Positions 19,301-30,128 are shown, numbered from the stretch's first letter. The stretch: DNA of 64,000 nucleotides from an uncultured virus (IMG/VR IMGVR_UViG_2541047320_000011) (IMGVR_UViG_2541047320_000011:1-64000), one strand, 5' to 3'. Translations and numbers: made by a program. Notes: a model not told the origin generated them from the sequence alone.

Positions 19301-22300
19301 CCTATTGCTAATGGGAGTGAAATATGCATTTTGTCAGCCGCTTTAGTTATACCATTTAAAATTCCAGCAATACCAGATAATCCATCTAAACTAGTCTTAA
19401 ACATATCTGTAGATATAGTGTCTGTAACTAATTGTTTAAGACTTTCTTTTAATTTTATAATTTTACCTTCTGCTGAATTTATGAATCTCTCATTCTCTTT
19501 TTCAGCAGAGCCAAATACATCCCCATCTAACCATGCACTTTGGAATTTTTTTCGATTGTTATTAACCAGTAGCTTTTTATCTACTGCTCTGGAGGTTTCC
19601 CTCATTTTCATCGACTTGTCATTTCAAGTCCAGTCTAGCATATCTTTTGTACTCATAACAAAGACCATAAAGCCACAGAGCCTCTTGGAGATATTATATT
19701 CTATTTCTAGTTTCAATCTCTATGCGTTGCGGATGGAAAGCCTTTTAAAACTTACCTTCACCTCTGATTAGCGTATTTATTAAAATAAACTTAGCTTTCC
19801 AGATTTTCTCTCTGTTAATACTCTTAATTCTTCTATGGTAGTTGAATTAAGACGGCAATTTATTTTTACCTGATTCCAATTATCCATGATAGCCATGAAT
19901 GTATTGATGTGGTTTTTACCTGAACAAAATCTTCAATTAAGTTCGCTATACTTAACTCGTTCTCTTACGAACTGCTATATGTTTCCATATAGATGAGACT
20001 ATATCTTCATCCTATAAGGATGCTCCCCATTTCCACTATCAATAGCTTATAGTGTACGGTTTATAACCTAGTCGTTGAACCTTACTCTCTTGAGTCTTGG
20101 TTGCTGATTATCCCTATCTTTTAGTTTTTCACACTTTGGTACTAAAAGCCTAACGGGAGTTTCCAGCAATTAAAGGAGTTTATCATTATATATTACTATA
20201 TAAGGCGACTAAAATTAATCGCTTCGGCAATACCACTTTTTTGATTTTTAGTTAAAGCATCTTCTCCAACACTATGCCACTTTTCTGCCAACTCATCTAA
20301 AATTGACATCATATCTCTTACTTGGCCAGTTTGTTTATCCAACACATTTATTTTTGCTGTTTCTTGTAATGTTTTAGCAGTTTTGTTAAGGCTGATTTTT
20401 CCTGAATCTGCTGAAGCTTTGATACCACTCATGTTTATACCAATTGTTTTGAGTGCTGTACCTACTTTTTCAGCATTTTGTACAGATTCATTTCCTCCAA
20501 CTATCAAGGCAACAGAGTCTTCCATTGAAACACCTGCTGATGACAGCATACTCGCACTTCTTTGTAATGCAGCTCCTACCGATATCTTCACATAGATTCG
20601 TTACTTCTATGCAGTTCTCTTATGAACTTCTTTATATCTCTATAAAGACGAGACTATATCTTCATCCTATAAGGATGCTCCCCATTTCGATTCACTTGAA
20701 TCTACATAATAGTCGTTGAACCTTCTCCTATACGGAGCTTGGATGCTGATTGTCCAATCCAACTAATTTTTAAACATTCACATTTATCGTTTCCAATTAT
20801 GTTGTAGTCTAGTTGGCTCTAAGGAGTTTCCAGCAGTTAAAGGAGTTTTTAACTATATATTACTATATAGTGCGACTAAAGTTAATCGCCAGTTGTTATT
20901 GCAAAATTATTCTTTTATACCCTCAATTTCTCGATATTTAAAAGGGAATAGACTATACCATCATCCATTTAGGATGCTCATTGGTAGTCGTTGAGAGCTT
21001 ACCATATTCTTTTTTTGAACTTAGGTCTATCTCTGCTGATTGTCCAATCCTTAATGTTTTCAGATGATATATAAGTTTCCAAATACATCTACTAATTAAG
21101 GCTCTAAGGAGTTTCCAGCATATTCTGAGTTCAGTTGTACATTACTGTACAAAGGGGCTATTTTGTTAACCTGCATAGTTCGATAAATCAAGAAATTTTG
21201 TAAGATTATCATAATCTTTACTCATTCCTTTGATTTGAACTCTAGTATCTTTAATTGGTTTTAATGCTTTTGTCATTCCACCATAAGCAGACATAACACT
21301 AGTTAAGTACTTATCAGCAGTTTCTTGGTCTAAATCCAATTGTTATTAGCTCAAGGTTTTTTATCCTTGACTCTGGAGGTTTCCCTCATTTTCATCAGTT
21401 AGTTAATTCTAACTCAGCTTAGCATATCTTTTTTACTTATAATTAAATCATAAAGTAAATGGGAACTCTTGGAGATATTATATTCTATTTCTAGTTTCAA
21501 TCTCTATGCGTTGCGTGTGACCAATCTTTTAAAATTAGCCTTCCACTCGGATTAGCATTTTAAAGCTTTCCCGTTTCTTTCCCATTAATAATCCTAATTC
21601 TTCTATGATTGTTGAATTAAGACGGCAATTTATTCACCAACATTTGCAAAAACTGCTGATTGTTTAGCTATCTTCAAACTGTCTGATACTGATTTTACAC
21701 CAGTTTGTAGAGCTTTAGATGCCCCCTGAATTATATCTTCTGATGCTCTAGCCGTATCTTTCCCTATTGAGATTGCTTCATTTTTTACATTCTTTAATTG
21801 CTCACTTGTTCCTTCAAAATTATTAGGTGCTACTTTCATCATATCTCTTAAAGCACTATCTAATTCAACAATAGTTGTTTTAATATTTCTTACACCATTT
21901 GTAATAGACATACCTATCATATTACCTAAAGTATAAGTTCTCATCGAATTATATAGGTCACTAAAAAATCCACTTGTTGCTTTTACACTAGTTCCTAATC
22001 CTGTGAAATTAGATTTCATATTGCTTAATCTGCTTTTTATTGAATCTAATTCCTTTACTTTTTGACCTAGAGGCATACCATTTAATTGCATTAATTCTTT
22101 TTCTAGTTTATCAATTCCAGCAGTTGATTGACCCAATTCTAAACATTTTTGTCTAAGCCTATTTAAATCTGAAATTACTTTTGAAAGATTCATATTGAAC
22201 TTAGCATCTAATTTAGTATTTTTAGTAGCATTTTCTACTTCTTTAACTTTATTTTTTAATTGTTCTAGTTTTTGTATTTCTGATTGTATTTGATTAGAAG

Positions 22301-22940
22301 TTAGATTTTTAAGATTCAAATTTTGAATTGACTTTAATGAATTTGATAAAGCTTGTAGTTTAGATGTATCTGCATATCCAGACTTACCCAATGTTTCTAT
22401 TTTATTGGCTAATTTACCAGCTTCATTTTGAAGAGTTTTAAATTGAGAAGCCATTTTTGTATTCATATCTGGTATTTTCATATTAGCCAACTTAGACTGA
22501 ACATTTGATAAATCTGATAAAGCTTTTGAATTTAGACCACCTAATTTAATATTAGATAATCTTTTCAATTCTCCTGATAATTTGTTAATTTCTCCTATTT
22601 GCTTATTGTCTAAGATATTTGTCTGAGTAAATTTCTTTAATTGTCTTTGAGTAGACTCTATTTTTTTCTTAAAGTTATCGTATTGAGAAGTTAATTTGTT
22701 TATATTCCCATTTGAATTACCTTTTCCACCAAATAATCCATTTTGGGTTTCCCTACTAAGTTTATTAATTTGTTTTAATGTGTTCTCTAATTGCTTTAAA
22801 TTATTTAATGAGGATGTATTCATCTCCACATTTAACTTTATATTATTTTCTTTTGCAGATGTCTTCAGTGATGCTAATTGTTTCCTAGCTTTTTTATCAT
22901 CAAGTTCTATACTGGTCTTAATTTTAAATTCTTCTGCCAT
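13369..22940 (-). CDS. Tail tape measure protein (TP901-like core), spliced from 6 exons: 22940-21636, 21336-21169, 20911-20885, 20579-20218, 19924-19868, 19552-13369; 2700 aa
   Basis: Joined exons total 8103 nt in one frame; junctions restore tape-measure core sequence: FANVG|DLDQETADKYLTS...NYAG|NNFAITTGD|VGAALQRSAS...IAEAI|SGKNHINTFMAIMDNWNQV|KKFQ. Confidence 0.92.
19553..19867 (-). ncRNA. Group I intron 5 (315 nt, ORF-less, variant P7)
   Basis: Exon ends GGU pairing with GCC in P1 (U.G); terminal G; P4 TCTGG/TCAGA; P3 ACAGAG/CTCTGT; P7 GCATA/TATGC; homolog of intron 1. Confidence 0.85.
19925..20217 (-). ncRNA. Group I intron 4 (293 nt, IA-like, ORF-less)
   Basis: P1 GCGAU/GUCGC with U.G; TGCTGGAAACTCC, AATCAGCA, TTCAACGACTA and GAAGATATAGTCT motifs; terminal G. 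Confidence 0.92.
20580..20884 (-). ncRNA. Group I intron 3 (305 nt, IA-like, ORF-less)
   Basis: Same P1 GCGAU/GUCGC as intron 4; canonical P/Q/R/S motifs; terminal G. Confidence 0.92.
20912..21168 (-). ncRNA. Group I intron 2 (257 nt, IA-like, ORF-less)
   Basis: P1 GGUUA/UAGCC; TGCTGGAAACTCC, AATCAGCAG, TCAACGACTA and TATAGTCT motifs; terminal G; CAAAAT can pair with exon-3 ATTTTG (P10). Confidence 0.92.
21337..21635 (-). ncRNA. Group I intron 1 (299 nt, ORF-less, variant P7)
   Basis: P1 GGU/GCC; P10 TAAATT with exon GATTTA; P3 ATGGGAA/TTCCCAT; P7 GCATA/TATGC; terminal G. Confidence 0.85.
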
Positions 22941-22999
22941 TCAACCAACTCCTTTTTTAAAGCATAAAAAAAGACAGTATATTAACTGTCTTAATATTT

Positions 23000-23695
23000 T
23001 TATTTAATTTTCTCTAATAATACTTTTTTCTTTTCATTAAATTCTTCTTCTGTTAATATCTCTTGGTCTTTCAAACTCTGTAATTCTTTTAATGAATTTG
23101 AAATTTTTGATATATCATCATCTTTTTTTATATCATTATTGCTTTCTATTTTAGCATTTTTAAATTTAGCTGCTTCATTCTCTACAACTAATTTAAATCT
23201 TTCCATTTCTTTTATTTTTTCTTGAATATCTGCATTATTTATATTTTTATATTGTGGAATATAAAATACTTCATAAGTATTAAGTTCAAATATCAAAGTT
23301 AAATATATCTTTTCTACAAAAGTATATTTATCATATGTAGGAACTATTGATATTATTCTCATCTGATTTTTTTCACTAACTTGCATGTTAAACTTAATGC
23401 TTACTAAATCTTCTATATTTTTTTTAACTGCTGTCTTAAATCCAGCATGAATAATAGATATTTTACCATTATTACTTAATATCACACTATCACTGTTTGA
23501 ATTACCAAAAGCTTGACATTTAGCCATTGAAATATTTTTTTGTATAGCCTTTTCCACCTTTGTTTTTTCTCTATTTCTTTCTGCTATTCTCTCTAATCTA
23601 GCTTCTTTTTCTTTCGCATCATTTATTACATTCGATATAAAAACTGACGCTGCAAATATGCCAACAACAACTAAAATAAATATTAATGCATACAT
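23000..23695 (-). CDS. Membrane-anchored SHOCT-domain protein (moron)
   Basis: N-terminal TM helix; C-terminal LKELQSLKDQEILTEEEFNEKKKVLL (SHOCT); own -10 TGATATAAT and terminator at ~22968. Confidence 0.8.
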   Translation of the reverse strand: MYALIFILVVVGIFAASVFISNVINDAKEKEARLERIAERNREKTKVEKAIQKNISMAKCQAFGNSNSDSVILSNNGKISIIHAGFKTAVKKNIEDLVSIKFNMQVSEKNQMRIISIVPTYDKYTFVEKIYLTLIFELNTYEVFYIPQYKNINNADIQEKIKEMERFKLVVENEAAKFKNAKIESNNDIKKDDDISKISNSLKELQSLKDQEILTEEEFNEKKKVLLEKIK

Positions 23696-23880
23696 AATAT
23701 CCCCCCTATATTCTGATACATTAATTATATCAAGTCTAAAGGAAAATTTATACTAAAAAAGGAAATAGAAGCCAAAACTTCTATTTCCACAAAATCATTT
23801 CAAATTTTTATCAATAGCTTCTTCTATGTAATCTATGTATAGTTTATTTAATTTGCAAATCTTAACATATTTATATTTCT

Positions 23881-26800
23881 TTAATTCAAATTTAAATTGA
23901 TGGTCTCTTCTATAATCTCATATTGTTTTTGTATATTATCTTCAATTGAAGCCATCTGTTCTTCTAATGCTTCAATTTGATTTACAATTTTATTCTGAAT
24001 TTCAATTTGGGGATATGATACCTCCAATGAATCAATCATATCATAAGTCAATTCAATTTGACCGCTTTGACCTCTAGCAATATTTTCTATATTTTTAAAT
24101 CCAAAATGTGCCAATGAATACATAATATACTTAGTATTTACTAATTTTTTGTTAAGTCTTATTATCGTTATATGACTATCAGCAACGTAGTTACCATCTA
24201 AATTGAATAATGTTACACGTCCAGCAGTACCAACACCAGTAGAATTTAACAACAAGTCTCCTTTTTGAAGATTTCTATTATCATTAATGAAATTTTTACT
24301 TACAAAATATTTTTCTTTAAAATCAAATTTATTATATCCTCTAGCTTGGCCTGATTTTATTATTTGAATGTTTGAATCCCCATATTTAGCTGATTTACCT
24401 CTAAATATATTTAGTTTTATTTCTTTTAATTTTATTTTTTTATATCTATAAAAATCATCATTTAATAACTTACCATGTATATTATTTAATTCATTTTGAT
24501 AATATTTAATCATATTAACTGCATTACTTATATCTTCACCAATTTTATTTTGTTCACTTATTTGAGGTAAAGGAATTTTTATTCTTTCAATTGAATTGGT
24601 AATATTAAAAATATTAGAACCAAAAGCTAAACTTTGAATCACTTCTTTACCTTTTTTGCTACTTAATAATGCATACAAATAGTATGGATTCACTTTGTTA
24701 TTATCAGGTCTTAGAATTCCTAAGAACCCACCTGCATGATAGTTCATATCTTCTTCAATAAATGCAACTTTACCAATATGTTTTTTACTACCACTGGATA
24801 AGGATATAAGAATATCATCTTTTTTTAACTTAGTACTTTTTTGAACATTGAAAGTATCTTTCAAAAAAATTTCTTTTTTTATTTCAAGTTGACCATTTAA
24901 TGAAATATTATCCGCTGTTAATACAATGTTATTAGTTTTTTCAATGGATAAATCTTTATCCTTATCATATACTACTCCACGCGTAAGTGGAGCTATCTCA
25001 GCTAGTTCTTTTTTTTCAAACTTTGATTTGAATTCTATTTTAGGGGTAGTTTTGATTATTTTATTAAATTTGGCTTCACTAAAATCTATTAGGTCTACAA
25101 GATTATGTATTTCAACATACTCAGACAAACTTTCATCTATATCAATTATTTCATTTAAAAAATTTTTATAAATATAATAATTGATTTTACTACTAGCTCT
25201 GCTGTTTTTAGCATTTTCATCATATAAAAGTGTATTAAGTGAGCCATCTTCATTTTCAATATATTTTATTCCTTCAGAATTTTTCCTATTTGAAAATTCA
25301 TATCCTAAAAATTTCTTTTCTAGTTTCCCTTCTTTAGCAGATACAACAATTGTTTTTTGGCATGTTGTCAAAATAAAGTATAATATTTTTTCTTTTTCAG
25401 AATTTATACAATAATTAATAAATTTTTCCTCAACAATCATATCTTTATTTGAACTATTCTTATAATTTTTATCTTTTAATAAATCTTTATATAATAAACA
25501 ATTTCTAAATTCGTTAAAGTAATTATTATACATTTCTGATTTTTTAACAAATATATTTGGATTTTTTCCTAATAAAGTAATATAATCTTTAAATGATAAT
25601 TCATGATATGTATACTCTACATATTTACTAAATATTTTTTCTTGAGATAAAACTGTAAAATCAGTTCTTTTTTTAATAAATTCTTCAATCGCTGACTCAG
25701 CCTTTCTGTAATCATCATCATTCCTCTTTTCTAAAAATAATATAATTGTACTTGTATTTGTTGCCATAAATGTATTTTTCCCAAGTTCAACTATTCCAAT
25801 TATTTTAAAATATTTTAATAAAATAGCTCGTGTTTCTGGATAAGTTTTTGGATTGGTATTTGTTAAAAAACTATTTGGTAATATTATCCCTGCAATTCCT
25901 TTTTCATTCAATAACTGCTTCGCTCTCTCAATAAACAAACATTCAATTTCTGAGCTGAAGTCAGTTAAATTTTTATATAAATCAAAAGACTTTTCCCCAT
26001 CCTTTATGCCATTTTTAAATGCTTTAACACCATAGGGTGGATTGGCAATTAATATATCATAAGATTTATTATCCATAGAATTATCTTTACATACATTTTT
26101 TAATTTACCTACATAATTAATTGAACTTGAAAAATTATCTAATCCATTTGCTTGAATTATATTGGCCTCTCCATCTCCATTTAAAAATGAACTTACTTTT
26201 GAAGTTTTTACAAGCCTATAATCTGCATCTATTCCATATATGTACTCATTTGCCCAACTGAATTCATTATTTTTCCATGAATTAAATGTGATTTTAAGTG
26301 TAGGTCTCATATTATTTGTATCATATGAGTTAATAATTAATTGCAATTCATCCATAAATTCAGTTAAAAAATGTCCACTACCTGAAGCGAAATCTATAGT
26401 ATATGGTAATACATTCTGCTCATCTGTAGCAACTTTTCTACATATAACCTCTTCTATTGGAAGTGATGTTATAATAAATTTTGCAATTGGCACAGGAGTA
26501 AAATACTGACCTACTTCCTGCTTTATACTTGTATTTAACAACAATTCAAAAAAATTACCTAGAAATTGTTGTTTATGCCCATATCTAAATTGATATGGTT
26601 GAAGTAATTCAACAATTTCTTTTACAACTATTGCATTTTCTTCAAAAGATTGTTCATTATAAACCTCTTTAAAAGAAAACTCAGAATTTTTTTGCAATCT
26701 CAGTTGAGAAAACATTTTTCTTAGGTTTTCCCTAGATTCATCATTAAATATACCAATCATTACAGAATCTAATTCATTTTCACTATAGTCAGTAACCTCT

Positions 26801-27699
26801 ATCCCCAAAAATCTTTTCATTCCAATTCTGTATAGATCATTGAGTCTTAACTGAAGAGATTCAAAAGTATCACTTTCTAACCATTGAAAATCTACAACTT
26901 CAGATTCTAATTTGTCTTCATCGATTATTTTACAAATAAATAAATTTAATATTTTATTAAACGCGTTTGGTTTATCTGATACATTATTATGTCTTAATAT
27001 TTCTAAAAATTGATAATATATATGATTACTATCATCACTTGTTAATCCTTTCAAATTGCCTCTAACTAATGATTGAGGAACAATATCATATGGTTTAACC
27101 CATTTTTCAAATATACCATTATCTTTAAAAGATTTATTCCAATGTGCATGTATTTCCTTTATATCACCTAAATACCTCCATGAATTTTCTACCTTCACTA
27201 TTTTATTTTCATATTTCACTTCATCATTTTTGATTATTGAAGTGTATAAACATAAGTATTTAGTATTTTTATTTTGAATAAAATAAGAAAAAAGCTGACC
27301 ACCATCTTTTTTCATTTTGTTAACTTCTTTATTAAATTCTTTTCCATAGGTTTTGCATTCTATCATTAAATAAGGTTTATCATACTCATCTTTAATTAAA
27401 ATATCTAATTTTCCTTTTTCTTTTTTTCCGACCAACCATTTGTTTTCAAGTATTATTCTTGATGGATTATAACCTTTTTTAAGTAATCTTACAACACACT
27501 CTAAAACAACAAAGTTTTCATTCTTGGAAAAATTAGAAGTGGTTTTGTCTGAAACAGTAATTTTTTTACCATAATCAATAGTATTTGTTTTGAAATCAAT
27601 TTTTATTGCATAATTTTCATTATCAAAATGTTTAATCCATACATTATCCTCTCCATCCATTGGAGTGAAACCTAATGTTTTTGTCATTCTTTTAAACAA
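23881..27699 (-). CDS. Single-chain restriction-modification enzyme: HsdR_N-like nuclease + amino-MTase + two HsdS-like TRDs (Type IIG/IIB-like)
   Basis: KLDILI...IECK nuclease motif; GQYFTP; DFASGSG SAM-binding motif; NPPY; two C-terminal TRD repeats. Confidence 0.88.
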   Translation of the reverse strand: MFKRMTKTLGFTPMDGEDNVWIKHFDNENYAIKIDFKTNTIDYGKKITVSDKTTSNFSKNENFVVLECVVRLLKKGYNPSRIILENKWLVGKKEKGKLDILIKDEYDKPYLMIECKTYGKEFNKEVNKMKKDGGQLFSYFIQNKNTKYLCLYTSIIKNDEVKYENKIVKVENSWRYLGDIKEIHAHWNKSFKDNGIFEKWVKPYDIVPQSLVRGNLKGLTSDDSNHIYYQFLEILRHNNVSDKPNAFNKILNLFICKIIDEDKLESEVVDFQWLESDTFESLQLRLNDLYRIGMKRFLGIEVTDYSENELDSVMIGIFNDESRENLRKMFSQLRLQKNSEFSFKEVYNEQSFEENAIVVKEIVELLQPYQFRYGHKQQFLGNFFELLLNTSIKQEVGQYFTPVPIAKFIITSLPIEEVICRKVATDEQNVLPYTIDFASGSGHFLTEFMDELQLIINSYDTNNMRPTLKITFNSWKNNEFSWANEYIYGIDADYRLVKTSKVSSFLNGDGEANIIQANGLDNFSSSINYVGKLKNVCKDNSMDNKSYDILIANPPYGVKAFKNGIKDGEKSFDLYKNLTDFSSEIECLFIERAKQLLNEKGIAGIILPNSFLTNTNPKTYPETRAILLKYFKIIGIVELGKNTFMATNTSTIILFLEKRNDDDYRKAESAIEEFIKKRTDFTVLSQEKIFSKYVEYTYHELSFKDYITLLGKNPNIFVKKSEMYNNYFNEFRNCLLYKDLLKDKNYKNSSNKDMIVEEKFINYCINSEKEKILYFILTTCQKTIVVSAKEGKLEKKFLGYEFSNRKNSEGIKYIENEDGSLNTLLYDENAKNSRASSKINYYIYKNFLNEIIDIDESLSEYVEIHNLVDLIDFSEAKFNKIIKTTPKIEFKSKFEKKELAEIAPLTRGVVYDKDKDLSIEKTNNIVLTADNISLNGQLEIKKEIFLKDTFNVQKSTKLKKDDILISLSSGSKKHIGKVAFIEEDMNYHAGGFLGILRPDNNKVNPYYLYALLSSKKGKEVIQSLAFGSNIFNITNSIERIKIPLPQISEQNKIGEDISNAVNMIKYYQNELNNIHGKLLNDDFYRYKKIKLKEIKLNIFRGKSAKYGDSNIQIIKSGQARGYNKFDFKEKYFVSKNFINDNRNLQKGDLLLNSTGVGTAGRVTLFNLDGNYVADSHITIIRLNKKLVNTKYIMYSLAHFGFKNIENIARGQSGQIELTYDMIDSLEVSYPQIEIQNKIVNQIEALEEQMASIEDNIQKQYEIIEETINLNLN

Positions 27700-28021
27700 T
27701 TTAACCCCCTACTTTCTATCTATGTAGATAATGACAAATCAAAATATATCAATATCTTATATATAATACCATATATTTCCATAAATCTGTTATATTGAGA
27801 ATTAAATTTTTAAAGATTTATATGATTTCTATTCATCAAAAGCCCCCTTTGCATAGTAATAGCTCCTCAATCCTATCACACTCAAAGTAGTCTCCCTGAA
27901 TATTTGAAATTCTTCCGTCTTTATACCTTGAAATATAATTATTAAAGAATCTTCACACACTTTTGCTCTATTATAAAAAAGACAGCTATATAAGCTGCCT
28001 TAATATTTTTTAACTTATCCA

Positions 28022-28360
28022 TCAATATGTTTGTCTAACCAAATAGTCTATAGTTCTTCTAAAACCATTTTGTGCTTTTAATATATAAACTTCTTCAAAT
28101 ATACATTCTATATTTTCATATCTATTCAATATATCCATATATCTACATATCATATCAACAGAAATCCTTTCAAAGAATAATTCATTTTCTATTATGTATC
28201 TCACATTTTTCAAATTGTAATTTTTTACATTATCTAAAAATCTTTTAATTATAATCGTCAAATTACTACTGTCCTTTATATCCCTTATCATCTGAACTCT
28301 TTTTGCATTTCGCTGCAATGTATTCCCATCGAATTTGTAAACTGTTTTAATTATACACAT
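28022..28360 (-). CDS. Hypothetical protein, paralog of 31394..31762
   Basis: Shared YIIENELF.ER.S and LKA.NGFRRT.DYLVR. Confidence 0.75.
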   Translation of the reverse strand: MCIIKTVYKFDGNTLQRNAKRVQMIRDIKDSSNLTIIIKRFLDNVKNYNLKNVRYIIENELFFERISVDMICRYMDILNRYENIECIFEEVYILKAQNGFRRTIDYLVRQTY

Positions 28361-28374
28361 AAACAGTCACCATC

Positions 28375-29172
28375 CTAATGATTCCAAGTATATACATCAT
28401 CCATACTCTCTATTCCATCTATCATGGCATGAACCTCATTGAATTTAGTAACTGGTATATCTTCCCACTTAGTTACATTATATATTGAAAATAATCTTGT
28501 CACTACAGTTCTATAATCATAGTTATAAGCATTTACATTATATCCTTTTAATTCTGACAATTTTATCTTTAGCAACTTTGACAACATTCTTGTGTTCTTA
28601 GCTTTGAATCCTATCATATTTTTCATTTCTTGGAACTGTCTATCTTGTTTTTCATATTTCTTATCTAATTTACTTTCTATTTGGTTAAATCTAGTATCTA
28701 TCTTCTTATCATTTTCTATTGCAACTTGTTTAATCCCAGCAAGTATACCATTAAATATCATTGGAGCTACTCTTTCTTCTAAGTTGTTTATATCATATGA
28801 ACCAGTTTTTCTTATACTTGGTAATACTTCATTTGTCACCCATTTTTTAAATGGTTTACATTTTTCAGTTTTAGCTTCTAACATAAAATCATATAATTGT
28901 GATTCTGTTAAGTAGGGGCGTCCATCGTGGACGCCTATTGATATTTCAGCATTTTCAATGATTTTATCTATTCTATCTTTTCTTGGTGAACAACTTGTAT
29001 GTTTCTCATTCCATCTAAAGTAACCTAATGCTCTTCCAGTAGAATATAATTCAAATAATAGTTCCCCATTCAATTCAATTATTTCTACATCCATACCTTC
29101 AAACTTCTTACTTAATTCGGACTCTTCAAAACTAATTATTTCATTTACATTTTCTTTATTAATTATCCCCAT
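28375..29172 (-). CDS. BRO-N domain antirepressor-like protein
   Basis: FKKWVTNEVLPSIRKTGSY; C-terminus shared with 33024..33737. Confidence 0.85.
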   Translation of the reverse strand: MGIINKENVNEIISFEESELSKKFEGMDVEIIELNGELLFELYSTGRALGYFRWNEKHTSCSPRKDRIDKIIENAEISIGVHDGRPYLTESQLYDFMLEAKTEKCKPFKKWVTNEVLPSIRKTGSYDINNLEERVAPMIFNGILAGIKQVAIENDKKIDTRFNQIESKLDKKYEKQDRQFQEMKNMIGFKAKNTRMLSKLLKIKLSELKGYNVNAYNYDYRTVVTRLFSIYNVTKWEDIPVTKFNEVHAMIDGIESMDDVYTWNH

Positions 29173-29420
29173 AATTAATACCTCCCTTTTATTTGTATTT
29201 TAATAAGGAATGGTATATAATATAGTTAGTATGAATTTATATACCATGATAGGCTATTCAAACTTGGTGGGGAGAGTAGCCTTTTCTATATCCTTAATAC
29301 GATTATACGATAATCGCGATTTTAAGTCAATCATATTATCGATATTTTTTTAAAGTTATTTTACTTTGTTAATTATTTTTGATAAACTAATATTATCGTA
29401 TATTATAAAGGAGTGTTACT

Positions 29421-29906
29421 ATGGAAGAACAATTAATTCAACTTGAAAATGAAGTTTGGGATAGATTAAAAAAAGCTACAGAATGTAAGGATGCTGATGA
29501 AATATCAAATTTAAATAAAATACTATCTAAATTACAGCAAATGAAAATTTCTTTAGAACTTATACGTCAAGAATGTACAGATTTACAAGATTTAATTTAC
29601 AATAAGGATGAAAGGAAAATAGCCAGAATATTGGTTACTGAAGGTGCTTATAATAATTCTTATTTAACAATGACGGATGTTATAAATAAAAACTTATGTC
29701 CCCCTGATGAAAGGGATATAATTGTTGAAATGGATAATGTGGAAGTAGTTACAAATGTTAATCATAAAATTAGAAGATTAAAAGATAGAAAAAATATAAG
29801 AATATTCATGGCTGATAATATAATCGCTCCTGGCGACCATATCATTTGGGAAGAAATAGAAAAAAATGTTAGATATAGAATAACATTAGAAATAGTACCA
29901 GAATAA
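29421..29906 (+). CDS. Hypothetical protein (only plus-strand gene in the island)
   Basis: RBS AAGGAGTG; 161 aa. Confidence 0.75.
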   Translation: MEEQLIQLENEVWDRLKKATECKDADEISNLNKILSKLQQMKISLELIRQECTDLQDLIYNKDERKIARILVTEGAYNNSYLTMTDVINKNLCPPDERDIIVEMDNVEVVTNVNHKIRRLKDRKNIRIFMADNIIAPGDHIIWEEIEKNVRYRITLEIVPE

Positions 29907-30024
29907 CATATCAATAATGTATATAATATATACTCTTTTGCTTTAGTGCGAACAAAATGAACACCTTTTCATTAACAATTATCATTTTTTGAAATCCATA
30001 AGGGTTGGGTATTTCACCCACCCT

Positions 30025-30128
30025 TTTATCTTCACTATCAATATGTCTTTTCAAAGCATCAGATGTGTCTTTATATCCTAACTTTTCTACTACATCTTTG
30101 ACTACAGATTAAATCTCATTATCTATCA
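30025..30128 (-). pseudogene. BRO-N gene fragment
   Basis: Encodes KDVVEKLGYKDTSDALKRHIDSEDK with no intact frame around it. Confidence 0.6.

Noticed and set aside
19553..19611. Track start MKMRETSRAVDKKLLVNNNR for the 2080-aa ORF
   Set aside because: It lies inside intron 5, its sequence is shared with intron 1, and it has no RBS
19553..22940. Tape measure gene as a fragmented pseudogene or as group II intron/IStron insertions
   Set aside because: The exons join in frame, the inserts have group I hallmarks, and they contain no transposase or RT ORF
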